Positions 19,500-28,093 of a stretch of DNA of 64,000 nucleotides are shown here, piece after piece (positions within the stretch are counted from its first letter, which is position 1; the number at the start of each line of letters is the position of its first letter). The translations under genes and the position numbers were made by a program. The notes beneath the pieces are model-generated. The model was not told the origin of the DNA and did no database searches. It was given only the letters and a program-made list of their open reading frames with translations. Origin of the DNA: an uncultured Acidimicrobiaceae bacterium (GTDB taxonomy: Bacteria; Actinomycetota; Acidimicrobiia; Acidimicrobiales; RAAP-2); contig CAVSAJ010000004.1 of NCBI GenBank assembly GCA_963725895.1, forward strand, positions 117,244-181,243. Direction: 5' to 3'.

Positions 19500-20883
19500 T
19501 GCTCACCTCCTTAGCCAGCTCGCGATAGGCCACGGCGCCCCGCGAGGCTGGATCGAAGACCGTGATGGGCTGCCCGAACGAGGGCGCCTCGGACAGGCGG
19601 ACCGTGCGCGGGATCATCACCCGGCACACCCGCTCGGAGAAGTGCTCCCGGACCTCGTTGGCCACGTCGATCGAGAGCCGGGTCCGGGCGTCGAACATCG
19701 TCAGAACGATGGTCGAGACCTCCAGGGTTTCGTTGAGGTTTGTCGAAACCAGGTTCACGTTGCGCAGGAGCTGGCTCAGGCCCTCGAGCGCGTAGTACTC
19801 GCATTGGATCGGGACGAGGACCTCTTGCGCGGCGGCCAGACCGTTGACCGTGATGAGGCCCAACGAAGGCGGGCAATCGATGAGGACGAAGTCGAAGTCG
19901 TCGACGACCGAGTCGATCGCCCGCTTCAGCTTCAGCTCCCGGCTGAAGGCCGGGACAAGCTCGATCTCCACGCCCGCCAGATCGATGGTGGCCGGGGCCA
20001 CGAACAAATTCATGACGCTGGTGGGCTCGATGCAGTCCTCGAGGGGCTGGTCCCGCATGATCACGTCGTACATGGACAGTTCGAAGTTGCGGGCCTCGAG
20101 CCCTAGACCGGTGGTGGCGTTGCCTTGGGGGTCGAGATCGATAACCAGGACCCTGTAGCCCTGCTCGGCCAAAGCGGCCCCCAGGTTCACCGTCGTCGTG
20201 GTCTTTCCCACTCCCCCCTTCTGGTTCGCCACGGCGACCACCCGAGGCAGCGACCGGACCGTCGGCTTGGCACCGTTCAAAAGCTCCGAGGTGTCCTCGG
20301 GGATCGACGGGGCCCGCATGGTCGATTGGCGCGCCGTGTGTGCCGCCACAGGCTTCGGCTTGGGTCCTGGAGCGGATGCGGGCTCTGACGCCGGGACCGG
20401 GCCTGTCTCTGGCACAGTCTCGATGGCCGGAGCAACGGCAGCCGGGACTTCATCGGCCTCTGGCGCCGGCTGGGGTCCGCGTGCGACGTGCACCCCTCGC
20501 ACTGGCTCGGGCGCTTCCGAGGACGGCACGCGATCCCCGACGACCGGCGTCTCAGTTGTTGACGGATGGACGTCCGCCGGGGACGGAGGCACCTCGGCTA
20601 CCGCTGGTCGGGGTGGCGACTCGGGTGAGGCATCCGGCTCGGGCGAGGGATCCGGCACCGGAGCAGTCGCAGCCGACTCGCCGGCTCCTGGGGGAAGAGC
20701 GGACTCGCCGGCTCCTGGGGGAGCCACAACGGTGGAGGCGTCGGCACTGAGGCTCTTCACCGGTTCAGTGGACGTGGGTCCGTCGTCGGGGGAGGCGGGA
20801 ACCTCCTGGTCGAACGGGGCGCGCACCGGGGGGAGAGCTTCCTTGTTCTCGGTGGTATCCCTGTCTTTGCGCCTGATGCGCAT
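19474..20883 (-). CDS. parA: Chromosome partitioning ATPase ParA/Soj with ~230-aa Pro/Ala/Ser-rich N-terminal extension
   Basis: Deviant Walker A VANQKGGVGKTTTTVNLG. The start is placed at ATG 20883 (MRIRRKDRD) so that both parS sites are intergenic. The ORF is open to 21000. An exact 21-nt segment repeats with 27-nt period (20675-20695 and 20702-20722) and encodes PPGAGESA twice. Confidence 0.8.
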   Translation of the reverse strand: MRIRRKDRDTTENKEALPPVRAPFDQEVPASPDDGPTSTEPVKSLSADASTVVAPPGAGESALPPGAGESAATAPVPDPSPEPDASPESPPRPAVAEVPPSPADVHPSTTETPVVGDRVPSSEAPEPVRGVHVARGPQPAPEADEVPAAVAPAIETVPETGPVPASEPASAPGPKPKPVAAHTARQSTMRAPSIPEDTSELLNGAKPTVRSLPRVVAVANQKGGVGKTTTTVNLGAALAEQGYRVLVIDLDPQGNATTGLGLEARNFELSMYDVIMRDQPLEDCIEPTSVMNLFVAPATIDLAGVEIELVPAFSRELKLKRAIDSVVDDFDFVLIDCPPSLGLITVNGLAAAQEVLVPIQCEYYALEGLSQLLRNVNLVSTNLNETLEVSTIVLTMFDARTRLSIDVANEVREHFSERVCRVMIPRTVRLSEAPSFGQPITVFDPASRGAVAYRELAKEVSNGAPQRTR

Positions 20884-20959
20884 CAAGCAGGCTCTCCGAC
20901 ACACCGCAGCACGACGCCTATCCTGGCCTGCGCCGGCGGCGAGGTCAAGACTTGAGGCC

Positions 20960-20973
20960 GTTCCACGTGGAAC
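20960..20973. promoter_or_regulatory. parS-like site GTTCCACGTGGAAC (perfect 14-bp palindrome)
   Basis: Matches the GTTTCACGTGAAAC consensus at 12/14, with symmetric T-to-C / A-to-G changes; upstream of parA. Confidence 0.65.
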
Positions 20974-21050
20974 CTCCGCTCCAGGGTTGGACGGGGTCAC
21001 CGGCCGCGTCCGGGTGGCCAGTCCTCGGAGTTCACCGGGAGTTTACGAGC

Positions 21051-21064
21051 GTTTCACGTGGAAC
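21051..21064. promoter_or_regulatory. parS site GTTTCACGTGGAAC
   Basis: 13/14 match to the GTTTCACGTGAAAC consensus, in the rsmG-parA spacer. Confidence 0.75.
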
Positions 21065-21177
21065 ACCCGGGGTGCTTCATGTCCACACGGGGGTTTCACC
21101 CACATCCCCGAACTCCCATCGCTCCCGATTCGAAGAGGGAGGTACGAGAGACGCTGCGGAGAGGAGGGGCGAATCCC

Positions 21178-21912
21178 TCAGAACAGTGGACGCTTGGCGG
21201 GGACCCCATCGCGCCGGGGAAAGCGCTCGGGACAGGGCATGGCTTGACGCAGGACCTGGAACGCAAAATCCTCGTGGAGGGCCTCCACGGGTTCGAGGCC
21301 GAGCTGTGCGAGCTCCCCGGTCGGCCAGCGCCCGCAGGCGTCCGTCAGATCCTTCTCGGGGCGGCTGTCCGGTGGCGGCTCCGAAACCACCAACCAACCG
21401 CCGGTCCGCAGCAGGGGGGCGGCACACTCGGCAACCACGGCCGGAGGCCCGAAGGAACGCGCCAGGACGCCGTCAAAGGCCCCTCTTTCGGTTTCTCGGC
21501 GTCCCGCGAGCTCGGCCCGCTCGTGGAGGACACTGGCCCGGCCTTCGAGCTCCAGACGCCGGAGAGCCGCTTGGAGGAAGGCCGCTCGCCGTCCGTTGGC
21601 CTCCAACAGGACGAGGCGCGCCTCAGGCCAGCCGCAGGTGACGACCAAGCCCGGCAAGCCCCCGCCCGAGCCGAGATCGACGACACGGGGCAGCGCCAGC
21701 CCGGCCCGGGTGGCCAGGCGTCGAGCGACGCGGGCGAAGCCTTGGGCGTGTCGCATCTGCTGCTCGAGGGGACCCGGCCCGAGGAATCCGGCACTCCGGG
21801 CCTCCTCGAGCACGTCACGCAGCATGGTGAAGGCATCGAGGGGCGGCGCCTCCTCGGAGGCCGGAGGAGGGATGGGGGAGCGGCCTCCATCGTTTTCGGG
21901 GGCGCCGGGCAC
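21178..21912 (-). CDS. rsmG: 16S rRNA (guanine527-N7)-methyltransferase RsmG (GidB)
   Basis: VVDLGSGGGLPGLV SAM motif, VLLEANGRRAAFL and ARSFGPP; position between jag and parA. Confidence 0.9.
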   Translation of the reverse strand: MPGAPENDGGRSPIPPPASEEAPPLDAFTMLRDVLEEARSAGFLGPGPLEQQMRHAQGFARVARRLATRAGLALPRVVDLGSGGGLPGLVVTCGWPEARLVLLEANGRRAAFLQAALRRLELEGRASVLHERAELAGRRETERGAFDGVLARSFGPPAVVAECAAPLLRTGGWLVVSEPPPDSRPEKDLTDACGRWPTGELAQLGLEPVEALHEDFAFQVLRQAMPCPERFPRRDGVPAKRPLF

Positions 21913-21922
21913 CGGCGCGGCG

Positions 21923-22945
21923 TCAGTCGGCCGGGGCGATGACGATGTGCCGGTTGGGGTCCTCGCCTTCCGAGCGGGTCACCACACCTGGCATCTCATT
22001 GATGGCGTCGTGGACGGCTTTGCGATCCGCCGGGCTCATGGCCTCGAGGGCCTTCTCCTGGCCCGAGGCGAGGACCTCCTCGGCAATCTGGACACTGAAA
22101 CGCTTCAGGGCCGCCGAGCGCCGCTCCCGATAGCCCGCCACGTCCACCAAGATGCGATCGGTCCGAGAGGGGCACTGGCGCTGGACGACTGCCCTGGTGA
22201 GGTCCTGAAGGGCGCTGAGCGTCGAGCCACGCGGGCCCACGAGCATGCCCAGGTCCTCACCCGAGGCCGCGATCTCCACCGTCTCCTCGTCCAGAATGCG
22301 GCACTCCACCGAGCCGTCCATGTTGAGCTCCCCGAGGAGACCGGCCACGAACGCCCGACCGACCTCACCCTGCTCCTCGAGCGTCATTCCCTCGGCCATC
22401 TCTGCTGTCTCCTTCGGTTCCGTGCTCCGCTGCGGAGCCCTTCCAGCTGCCGGCCCCCCCGTGGAGCCATTCTTCGAACCCTCGAGCACGTCGGCGGACG
22501 CGGCGTCGGCGGACGCATTGCGACGGTTGCGGCGACGACGGGCCGAACGGCTGGTCCCCCCACTCGTGCCGCCGGTCCTCGTCACCGTGGCCCCGTTCGT
22601 CCGCTCCGAACCCATGGCCTCGGAGTTCCCGGATCGAGCCGAGCCATTGGCGCCGGTCCCCGAGCGTCCGCCACCCGAACCGTTCCCCGGGGCCGAGCGC
22701 TGCCCGCTCTGACGCCCGCCCTGGGCGGGCCGACCGCTGCGCCGTGTGCGCTCGCGCCGCGGGCGGGCGCCGACTGGGCGCACCCGGGCCCGCACCCGGG
22801 CCTCGACCCGCATCCGGCCGAAGAGCCCCGTCTTGGGCTCACTCACGACGATCACCTCGGCATCGGCCACCGCCACACCGAGCTGGTCGAGGGCGCGATC
22901 AGTCGCCTCCTCGACGGTCTTTCCCGCCACTTCAACCCACTCCAC
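21923..22945 (-). CDS. jag: Jag/SpoIIIJ-associated RNA-binding protein (Jag_N, KH, R3H) with a long Arg/Gly/Ser-rich linker
   Basis: N-terminus VEWVEVAGKTVEEATDRALDQLGV. The KH/R3H end reads LVGPRGSTLSALQDL...VDVAGYRERR...MSPADRKAVHDAI...SEGEDPNRHIVI. The GTG at 22945 lies 5 nt past the yidC stop. The longer ORF to 23614 overlaps yidC. Confidence 0.85.
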   Translation of the reverse strand: MEWVEVAGKTVEEATDRALDQLGVAVADAEVIVVSEPKTGLFGRMRVEARVRARVRPVGARPRRERTRRSGRPAQGGRQSGQRSAPGNGSGGGRSGTGANGSARSGNSEAMGSERTNGATVTRTGGTSGGTSRSARRRRNRRNASADAASADVLEGSKNGSTGGPAAGRAPQRSTEPKETAEMAEGMTLEEQGEVGRAFVAGLLGELNMDGSVECRILDEETVEIAASGEDLGMLVGPRGSTLSALQDLTRAVVQRQCPSRTDRILVDVAGYRERRSAALKRFSVQIAEEVLASGQEKALEAMSPADRKAVHDAINEMPGVVTRSEGEDPNRHIVIAPAD

Positions 22946-22950
22946 CGGTG

Positions 22951-24126
22951 CTACCGAGCCTTTCTGGCGCGCTTGGAGCGTGACCTCGGGTGTGCCTTCG
23001 GCGCCTCCTGATCTTCGCTCTCCGCCTTTCCGTTCGTTGTGCGCTTCCTGGCGCCACCCGCAGGCGTGCGCCCGTTCCTCCGCCCGTTGCCGTTCGCGCC
23101 GGTCCTGACCGGGGGCACGGTGCCCTTGGCCACTGACGTGCCGTCGGTGGCACTGGACTTCTTCTTCGGGGAGGCCGCCGGAAGTTCTGGTCTCGGCTTT
23201 TCTTCTTTTTTGGCCGAATCGACTTCCTTCTTGGCCGAACCGATTTCCCGTTCGGCCGTGACCGGTTCGACCATGCCCGACTTGAACATGAACTCTTGCG
23301 TTCCGATGCGCATCGCAGAAGAGACCACCATGTAAATGGTTGCTCCCGCGGGCACTCTTAGATAAATGACTCCGAAAATAATAGGGAAAAACTTCTGCAT
23401 TGTTTGCATCTGAGGATTCGCCGCAGCTGCCTGCGGATTGCGACTGTTCATCTGCTTCATTTGGTAGTACTGCAGGAACATTGCAGCCGCAATGAGCACC
23501 AGATACGGAATGACCAAAACGCCCTGGCTCACCGTCGTGGTCACGATGTGCGTGAACGGGTTCGTCGTGTGATTGGAGAATGGAAGCGAGGAGAGATCCA
23601 TCCCGAACCACCAATGCATTTGGCCCTGACTCCGGACCAAATCGTGGTACATATGAGAATTTGTCGGGATATACCGCGGTGCTCCGACGACAACTTTGTG
23701 GCCGTTGACGACCCTATTCGTCGTGTTCGATAGACCCCGAATCAGGGTGTAGAGCACGATTAAGAAGGGCATCTGTAGGAGGCTCGGCAGGCAGGCGCCG
23801 AACGGACTCGTGCCGTTCTCCTTGTAGAGCCGCATCATCTCCTGGTTGAGCTGCTCCCGGTTCTCCGCGCCCTTGTATTTGGCCTGGAGCTTCTTCATTT
23901 CAGGCTGCAGCCGCTGCATGGCCAGCATCGACTTGGTGCTCTTCACCGTGATCGGGGTGAGGGCCAGCATGATGATGATCGTGAGGCCCGTGATGGCGAA
24001 GCCGTAGTTGGGCCAGACCGAGTAGAGGCCAGCCAGGATCAACCCGAACAGCTCGAAGAGGGGATGGAAGATCTCGCCGATGAGCTTGAACAGGGAGTTC
24101 TCAGCCAGGACCGGGTGCGTCAGCAT
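22951..24126 (-). CDS. yidC: Membrane protein insertase YidC with a ~100-aa basic C-terminal tail
   Basis: PNYGFAITGLTIIIMLALTPITVKSTKSMLAMQRLQPEMKKLQAKYK...GACLPSLLQMPFLIVLY. Confidence 0.9.
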   Translation of the reverse strand: MLTHPVLAENSLFKLIGEIFHPLFELFGLILAGLYSVWPNYGFAITGLTIIIMLALTPITVKSTKSMLAMQRLQPEMKKLQAKYKGAENREQLNQEMMRLYKENGTSPFGACLPSLLQMPFLIVLYTLIRGLSNTTNRVVNGHKVVVGAPRYIPTNSHMYHDLVRSQGQMHWWFGMDLSSLPFSNHTTNPFTHIVTTTVSQGVLVIPYLVLIAAAMFLQYYQMKQMNSRNPQAAAANPQMQTMQKFFPIIFGVIYLRVPAGATIYMVVSSAMRIGTQEFMFKSGMVEPVTAEREIGSAKKEVDSAKKEEKPRPELPAASPKKKSSATDGTSVAKGTVPPVRTGANGNGRRNGRTPAGGARKRTTNGKAESEDQEAPKAHPRSRSKRARKAR

Positions 24127-24479
24127 GGGTGACCTCCGTCACGCGCGTGGATCCCCCCGGGAGCATCGACTCGCACCGGCACCAGGTCAACCCCGTGGGG
24201 ACCGAAGGGGCGGCAGCGCACGAGGCGCCGCGCCGCCAGCGCCAGCCCCCGCCAGAACCCGTGGACTGTGAACGCCTCGGCGGCGTAGGCCGAGCAGCTG
24301 GGGTAGAAGCGGCACGGGGAGATCCGACCCGAGGCCGCGCCCTGGTAGGCGGTGATCAGGGTGACCGCGAGACGCACCGGCAGGCTGAGCCGCCGCTCGA
24401 GGCCCTCCTCTGCGCGCAGGTCGGGGGGCAACTCGGCCCGCACCGCTGGGGTACTGAGCTGGGCGTTCGCCGTGCTCAC
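24120..24479 (-). CDS. yidD: Membrane protein insertion efficiency factor YidD
   Basis: ITAYQGAASGRISPCRFYPSCSAYAAEAFTVHG signature. It overlaps the rnpA stop and the yidC start. Confidence 0.8.
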   Translation of the reverse strand: MSTANAQLSTPAVRAELPPDLRAEEGLERRLSLPVRLAVTLITAYQGAASGRISPCRFYPSCSAYAAEAFTVHGFWRGLALAARRLVRCRPFGPHGVDLVPVRVDAPGGIHARDGGHPC

Positions 24480-24835
24480 GTGGTCACCGCCGCACGGCTC
24501 GCCCGCTGGAGCGCATGCACCACGTCGGAGCGGAACGCGGCCGGATCGAGCACCGCCGCACCGGGATCGAGTCGGAGCAGGTAGGCGCCCCGGGGGAGTG
24601 TGGTCGCCTCTGCCCGCACCGCTTCGCGGGCGCGCCGCCGCAGCCGGTTGCGTGTCACCGCGCCGCCGCAGCGACGCCCAATTGCGTAGGCGACCTGGGG
24701 ATACAGGCCAGAGGCACCATCCTCGACAGGCACGAAGGTCGCCCGGACCGGCCCACAGGCGCCGCGCGCCCGGGCACGTTGCAGCTCGGCGAACGCCGCG
24801 CGGCTCGTGATGCGTCCGACCGTCCGGGCAGGCAA
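24476..24835 (-). CDS. rnpA: Ribonuclease P protein component
   Basis: Basic 119-aa protein with AVTRNRLRRRAREAVR (RNR motif), directly downstream of rpmH. Confidence 0.85.
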   Translation of the reverse strand: MPARTVGRITSRAAFAELQRARARGACGPVRATFVPVEDGASGLYPQVAYAIGRRCGGAVTRNRLRRRAREAVRAEATTLPRGAYLLRLDPGAAVLDPAAFRSDVVHALQRASRAAVTT

Positions 24836-24845
24836 GACGAGGACC

Positions 24846-24980
24846 TCAGACGCTGAGACGGTGGCGCCCCTTGAGCCGCCGCGACTTCAAGATGGCCCGC
24901 CCCGCCCGAGTGGACATGCGCTTGCGAAACCCGTGGGTACGGGCCCGCTTCCGAGTATTGGGTTGGTAGGTGCGCTTCAC
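24846..24980 (-). CDS. rpmH: 50S ribosomal protein L34
   Basis: Translated by hand: (GTG)[43 protein letters not shown]-stop, 44 aa. It is below the ORF-track length cutoff. Confidence 0.9.
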   Translation of the reverse strand: MKRTYQPNTRKRARTHGFRKRMSTRAGRAILKSRRLKGRHRLSV

Positions 24981-25238
24981 GTCGAGTCTGCCTTTCGCGA
25001 TGCAGTCTTTCGCGACACCGGAGCAGCATTGGGGACCGGCTCCTCGCGGGGTCGATGCCTCGGCCTTCGAATCGATATCCGGCCACCGGCGGCGAGTCCT
25101 CCCATGTTAGGCGCATTTGCAGATCGCCTCTAGTCGCATCCGCCCGGCACGGTGTACCGTCGTCCAATTACCCGCACCGAGGACCGCACCGAACAGGGCT
25201 GGGCGGCGAGGGGGGAGAAGGGGCGCTCGGCTGAACCG

Positions 25239-26669
25239 GTGACGCAGGCGACAGAACTCTGGACGAGGTGCTCGAAGTCCCTGCGCGACCAGGTCTCGGA
25301 GAGCACGTGGCAACTCTGGCTCTCCTGGATCGAGCCGGTGGACTTCGCCGACGGCGTGTTCACCATCTCGGTGCCAAACAGCCTCATCCGAGAGCGGGTG
25401 GAGTCGCGCTACCTCCCCATGATCGAAGACACCCTGGCCAACGAGGTGGGGGACGTGGTGCGGGGCCGACTCGTCGTCCACGAGCCGGATCCGGCCGCCA
25501 CCCCAGGTCGGGCGGAGACGCTCGGCGGCCCGGCCAACCTCGGGGACAGCGACGACCAGCTGGACTCCGAACGGCCGATGGACCTCGCAGCGGTCCCCCC
25601 CGGATCACCTGCTCGCGGCAGAGGGCGGGAATCGCCAGCGGTCCAGCTCGACTCGAAATTCACCTTCGAGACGTTCGTCGCCGCGTCCTCGAACCGACTG
25701 GCCCATGCCGCCGCCCAGGCCGTTGCCGAGACGCCGGGCCGCTCGTACAACCCCTTGTTCATTTACGGGGATTCGGGGCTCGGCAAGACACACCTGCTTC
25801 ATGCCATCGCGAACTACGTCACGGAGAACTACCCCCGGCGCACGGTCCTCTACGTCACGACCGAAACGTTCATGAACGACTTCGTGGACTCACTGCGCAC
25901 CTCGACGACCTTGAGCTTCAAGCGGCGCTATCGCGACTGCGACGTCCTTCTCATCGACGACGTCCAATTCATGGAACGCAAAGAGGGCCTCCAAGAGGAG
26001 TTCTTCCACACCTACAACGACCTCAAGGGCGCCTCCAAGCAGATGGTCCTGACCTCGGACCGGCCGCCCAAGTCGATCGAGACCCTGGAGGACCGGCTGC
26101 GCAGCCGCTTTCTCTCCGGACTGATCACCGAAATCGACCCACCCGACCTCGAGACCCGGCTCGCCATCTTGCGGTCCAAGTCCCTCAGCGAGCACTACGA
26201 CGTGCCCGACGACGTCCTCGAGTTCATCGCCTCGCACGTGACGGACAACATCCGTGAGCTCGAGGGCGCGCTCATCCGCATCTGCGCCTTCGCCAAACTC
26301 AACAAGGAGCCGATCTCGCTCGAGCAGGCCGAGAAGGTCCTCACCGATCTCCTGCACGCCGGCGAGCCCCGGCGGATCTCACCCCAGATCATCCTCGACA
26401 CGGTCTCGGCCAGCTACGGGTTCCCCGTCGAGGCGCTCATCGGACCCAGCCGCACGCGACCCCTGGTCACGGCCCGCCAGGTGGCCATGTACCTGACCAG
26501 GGAACTCACCGATTACAGCTACCCCGCCATCGGGCGGGTCTTCGGCAAGCGGGACCACACGACCGTCATCCACGCGGTCGACAAGATCGCCGGCCAGATG
26601 CAAGAACGACGCCAGATCTACGAGCAGGTCACCGAGCTGAGCCAAAAGATCCGTGCAGGCTCGGCTTGA
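25239..26669 (+). CDS. dnaA: Chromosomal replication initiator DnaA
   Basis: [14 protein letters not shown]-terminus, AAA+ [26 protein letters not shown], and a DNA-binding C-terminus [13 protein letters not shown]...[14 protein letters not shown] 25239 is preferred; the ORF is open from 25152. Confidence 0.95.
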   Translation: MTQATELWTRCSKSLRDQVSESTWQLWLSWIEPVDFADGVFTISVPNSLIRERVESRYLPMIEDTLANEVGDVVRGRLVVHEPDPAATPGRAETLGGPANLGDSDDQLDSERPMDLAAVPPGSPARGRGRESPAVQLDSKFTFETFVAASSNRLAHAAAQAVAETPGRSYNPLFIYGDSGLGKTHLLHAIANYVTENYPRRTVLYVTTETFMNDFVDSLRTSTTLSFKRRYRDCDVLLIDDVQFMERKEGLQEEFFHTYNDLKGASKQMVLTSDRPPKSIETLEDRLRSRFLSGLITEIDPPDLETRLAILRSKSLSEHYDVPDDVLEFIASHVTDNIRELEGALIRICAFAKLNKEPISLEQAEKVLTDLLHAGEPRRISPQIILDTVSASYGFPVEALIGPSRTRPLVTARQVAMYLTRELTDYSYPAIGRVFGKRDHTTVIHAVDKIAGQMQERRQIYEQVTELSQKIRAGSA

Positions 26670-26694
26670 CCCTCGCTGCGCCGCGCGCCCTTCC

Positions 26695-26963
26695 CTTGTG
26701 AACCACAAGAGGAAAAGGTTGTGGACTCACGCGCCCTGCGTTGTGGACGTGGGCACATGTTTTCCCCATCCACCCCCACCCCGGCCGGCGAGCCTCTGTG
26801 TCTCCGCTCGAGACGCACACACCCATGGGGACAGCCGGGCCTGGTGCCAACTGGGATGCAACCATGTCCTCCACAGTCCACAGCCCTTACTACCTTTACC
26901 AACCACACATACTCTTTCCTCCACGATGAAGCACCAGGAGCCCGCCCGAAAGGACCGACATCG
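26695..26963. other. Probable oriC: DnaA-box cluster in the dnaA-dnaN spacer
   Basis: Palindrome CTTGTG-AAC-CACAAG (26695-26709). GTCCACA-core boxes lie at 26720-26728, 26742-26750 and 26874-26882, with a TCCTCCACA variant at 26867-26875. A locally AT-richer stretch spans 26885-26925. Confidence 0.6.
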
Positions 26964-28079
26964 GTGAAGTTCAGATCCGAGCGAGATGCGCTCGTCGAGA
27001 TGCTCGCCACAGCGGGACGCGCCGTCGGGGGTCGCGGAGGCTCTTCCCCGGTCCTCCAAGGTCTCTTGTTGCAGTGCGAGGGCAACAGCTTGCGGGTGAC
27101 CGGAACCGATCTGGATCTCACAATTCAGGTGACCGACGAAGTCATCGGTATCGACGACGGGAGTTGTGTCATTCCGGCGCGGCTCTCGACCGACATCGTG
27201 CGCCGTCTCGAGCCGGGAGCAGTGACGTTCGCCGACCAGGGTGACCACATCACAATTTCGGCCGCGCGCTCGAACTTCAAGTTGCAGACCTACCCGGTCG
27301 TGGAGTTCCCGCCCGTCGGCAAGACCAGCGAACCCATGACCGAATTGTCGGAAAGCGAACTCGGGGAGGCAGTGCGCCAAGTCGTGCGGGCTGCGTCGCA
27401 CGACGACGGCCGGCCGCTGCTGACCGGCGTCCTGGTGTCCCGAGTCGACGGCTCCCTTCGCATGGTCGCGACCGATTCGTACCGGATGGCCATGCGCGAC
27501 CTGCCCGGGTCCAACACCATCCCCGGCGAGGAGGACCTGCTCGTTCCGGCCCGGGCGCTCTCGGAGCTCCAACGCCTGCCGGCCAAGGAAACCGGCGGAG
27601 ACGAGCCCGGTCGGGTCGGGGTGGCGGCGAGCACGAACGAGATCACGTTTTGGCAGGGCAACGCCCAGATCAGCACGCGCCTGCTCGAGGGCCGCTATCC
27701 GGACTACAAGCAGTTGATCCCCGAGCACTACCCGAACCGTCTGCATCTGGGCAAGGAGAATTTCCTCTCGGCCCTGCGCCGCGTCCAGTTGTTGGTGCGG
27801 GACAACACGACTCCGGTTCGTCTCTCCATGCGAGGGGGTGGCGTCGATCTCACGGTGCAGAGCCAGGATGTGGGCGACGCAGCTGAAACGGTGGACGGGG
27901 ATTACAGCGGCGAGGACCTCGTCATCGCGTTCAATCCTTCGTACTTGATCGACGGCGTGGAGGCGGTGATCGGTGACGAAGTGATCGTCGAGACCGCTGA
28001 CGCGTCACGAGCGGCGACCGTGCGGGGCGCCGAGGACGACCAGTTCCGGTATCTCCTCATGCCGGTTCGGGTGTCCTGA
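26964..28079 (+). CDS. dnaN: DNA polymerase III beta sliding clamp
   Basis: GTG start gives VKFRSERDALVEMLATAGRAV...LLQCEGNSLRVTGTDLDL, 371 aa, with LLMPVRV at the C-terminus. The upstream part of ORF 26721.. lies in oriC and is not protein-like. Confidence 0.9.
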   Translation: MKFRSERDALVEMLATAGRAVGGRGGSSPVLQGLLLQCEGNSLRVTGTDLDLTIQVTDEVIGIDDGSCVIPARLSTDIVRRLEPGAVTFADQGDHITISAARSNFKLQTYPVVEFPPVGKTSEPMTELSESELGEAVRQVVRAASHDDGRPLLTGVLVSRVDGSLRMVATDSYRMAMRDLPGSNTIPGEEDLLVPARALSELQRLPAKETGGDEPGRVGVAASTNEITFWQGNAQISTRLLEGRYPDYKQLIPEHYPNRLHLGKENFLSALRRVQLLVRDNTTPVRLSMRGGGVDLTVQSQDVGDAAETVDGDYSGEDLVIAFNPSYLIDGVEAVIGDEVIVETADASRAATVRGAEDDQFRYLLMPVRVS

Positions 28080-28093
28080 ACTTCCGTGCCGCG

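Noticed and set aside
21923-23614. A 563-aa ORF suggesting a much larger Jag protein
   Set aside because: The upstream 220 aa overlap the 3' part of yidC in another frame and are not protein-like. A GTG at 22945, 5 nt after the yidC stop, gives the canonical Jag N-terminal domain.
23300-24100. Markedly lower GC inside yidC, as a possible sign of horizontal acquisition
   Set aside because: The gene is in its universally conserved position (rpmH-rnpA-yidD-yidC-jag). The AT-richer codons encode the Phe/Ile/Lys/Asn/Tyr/Met-rich membrane core, so composition follows amino-acid content.
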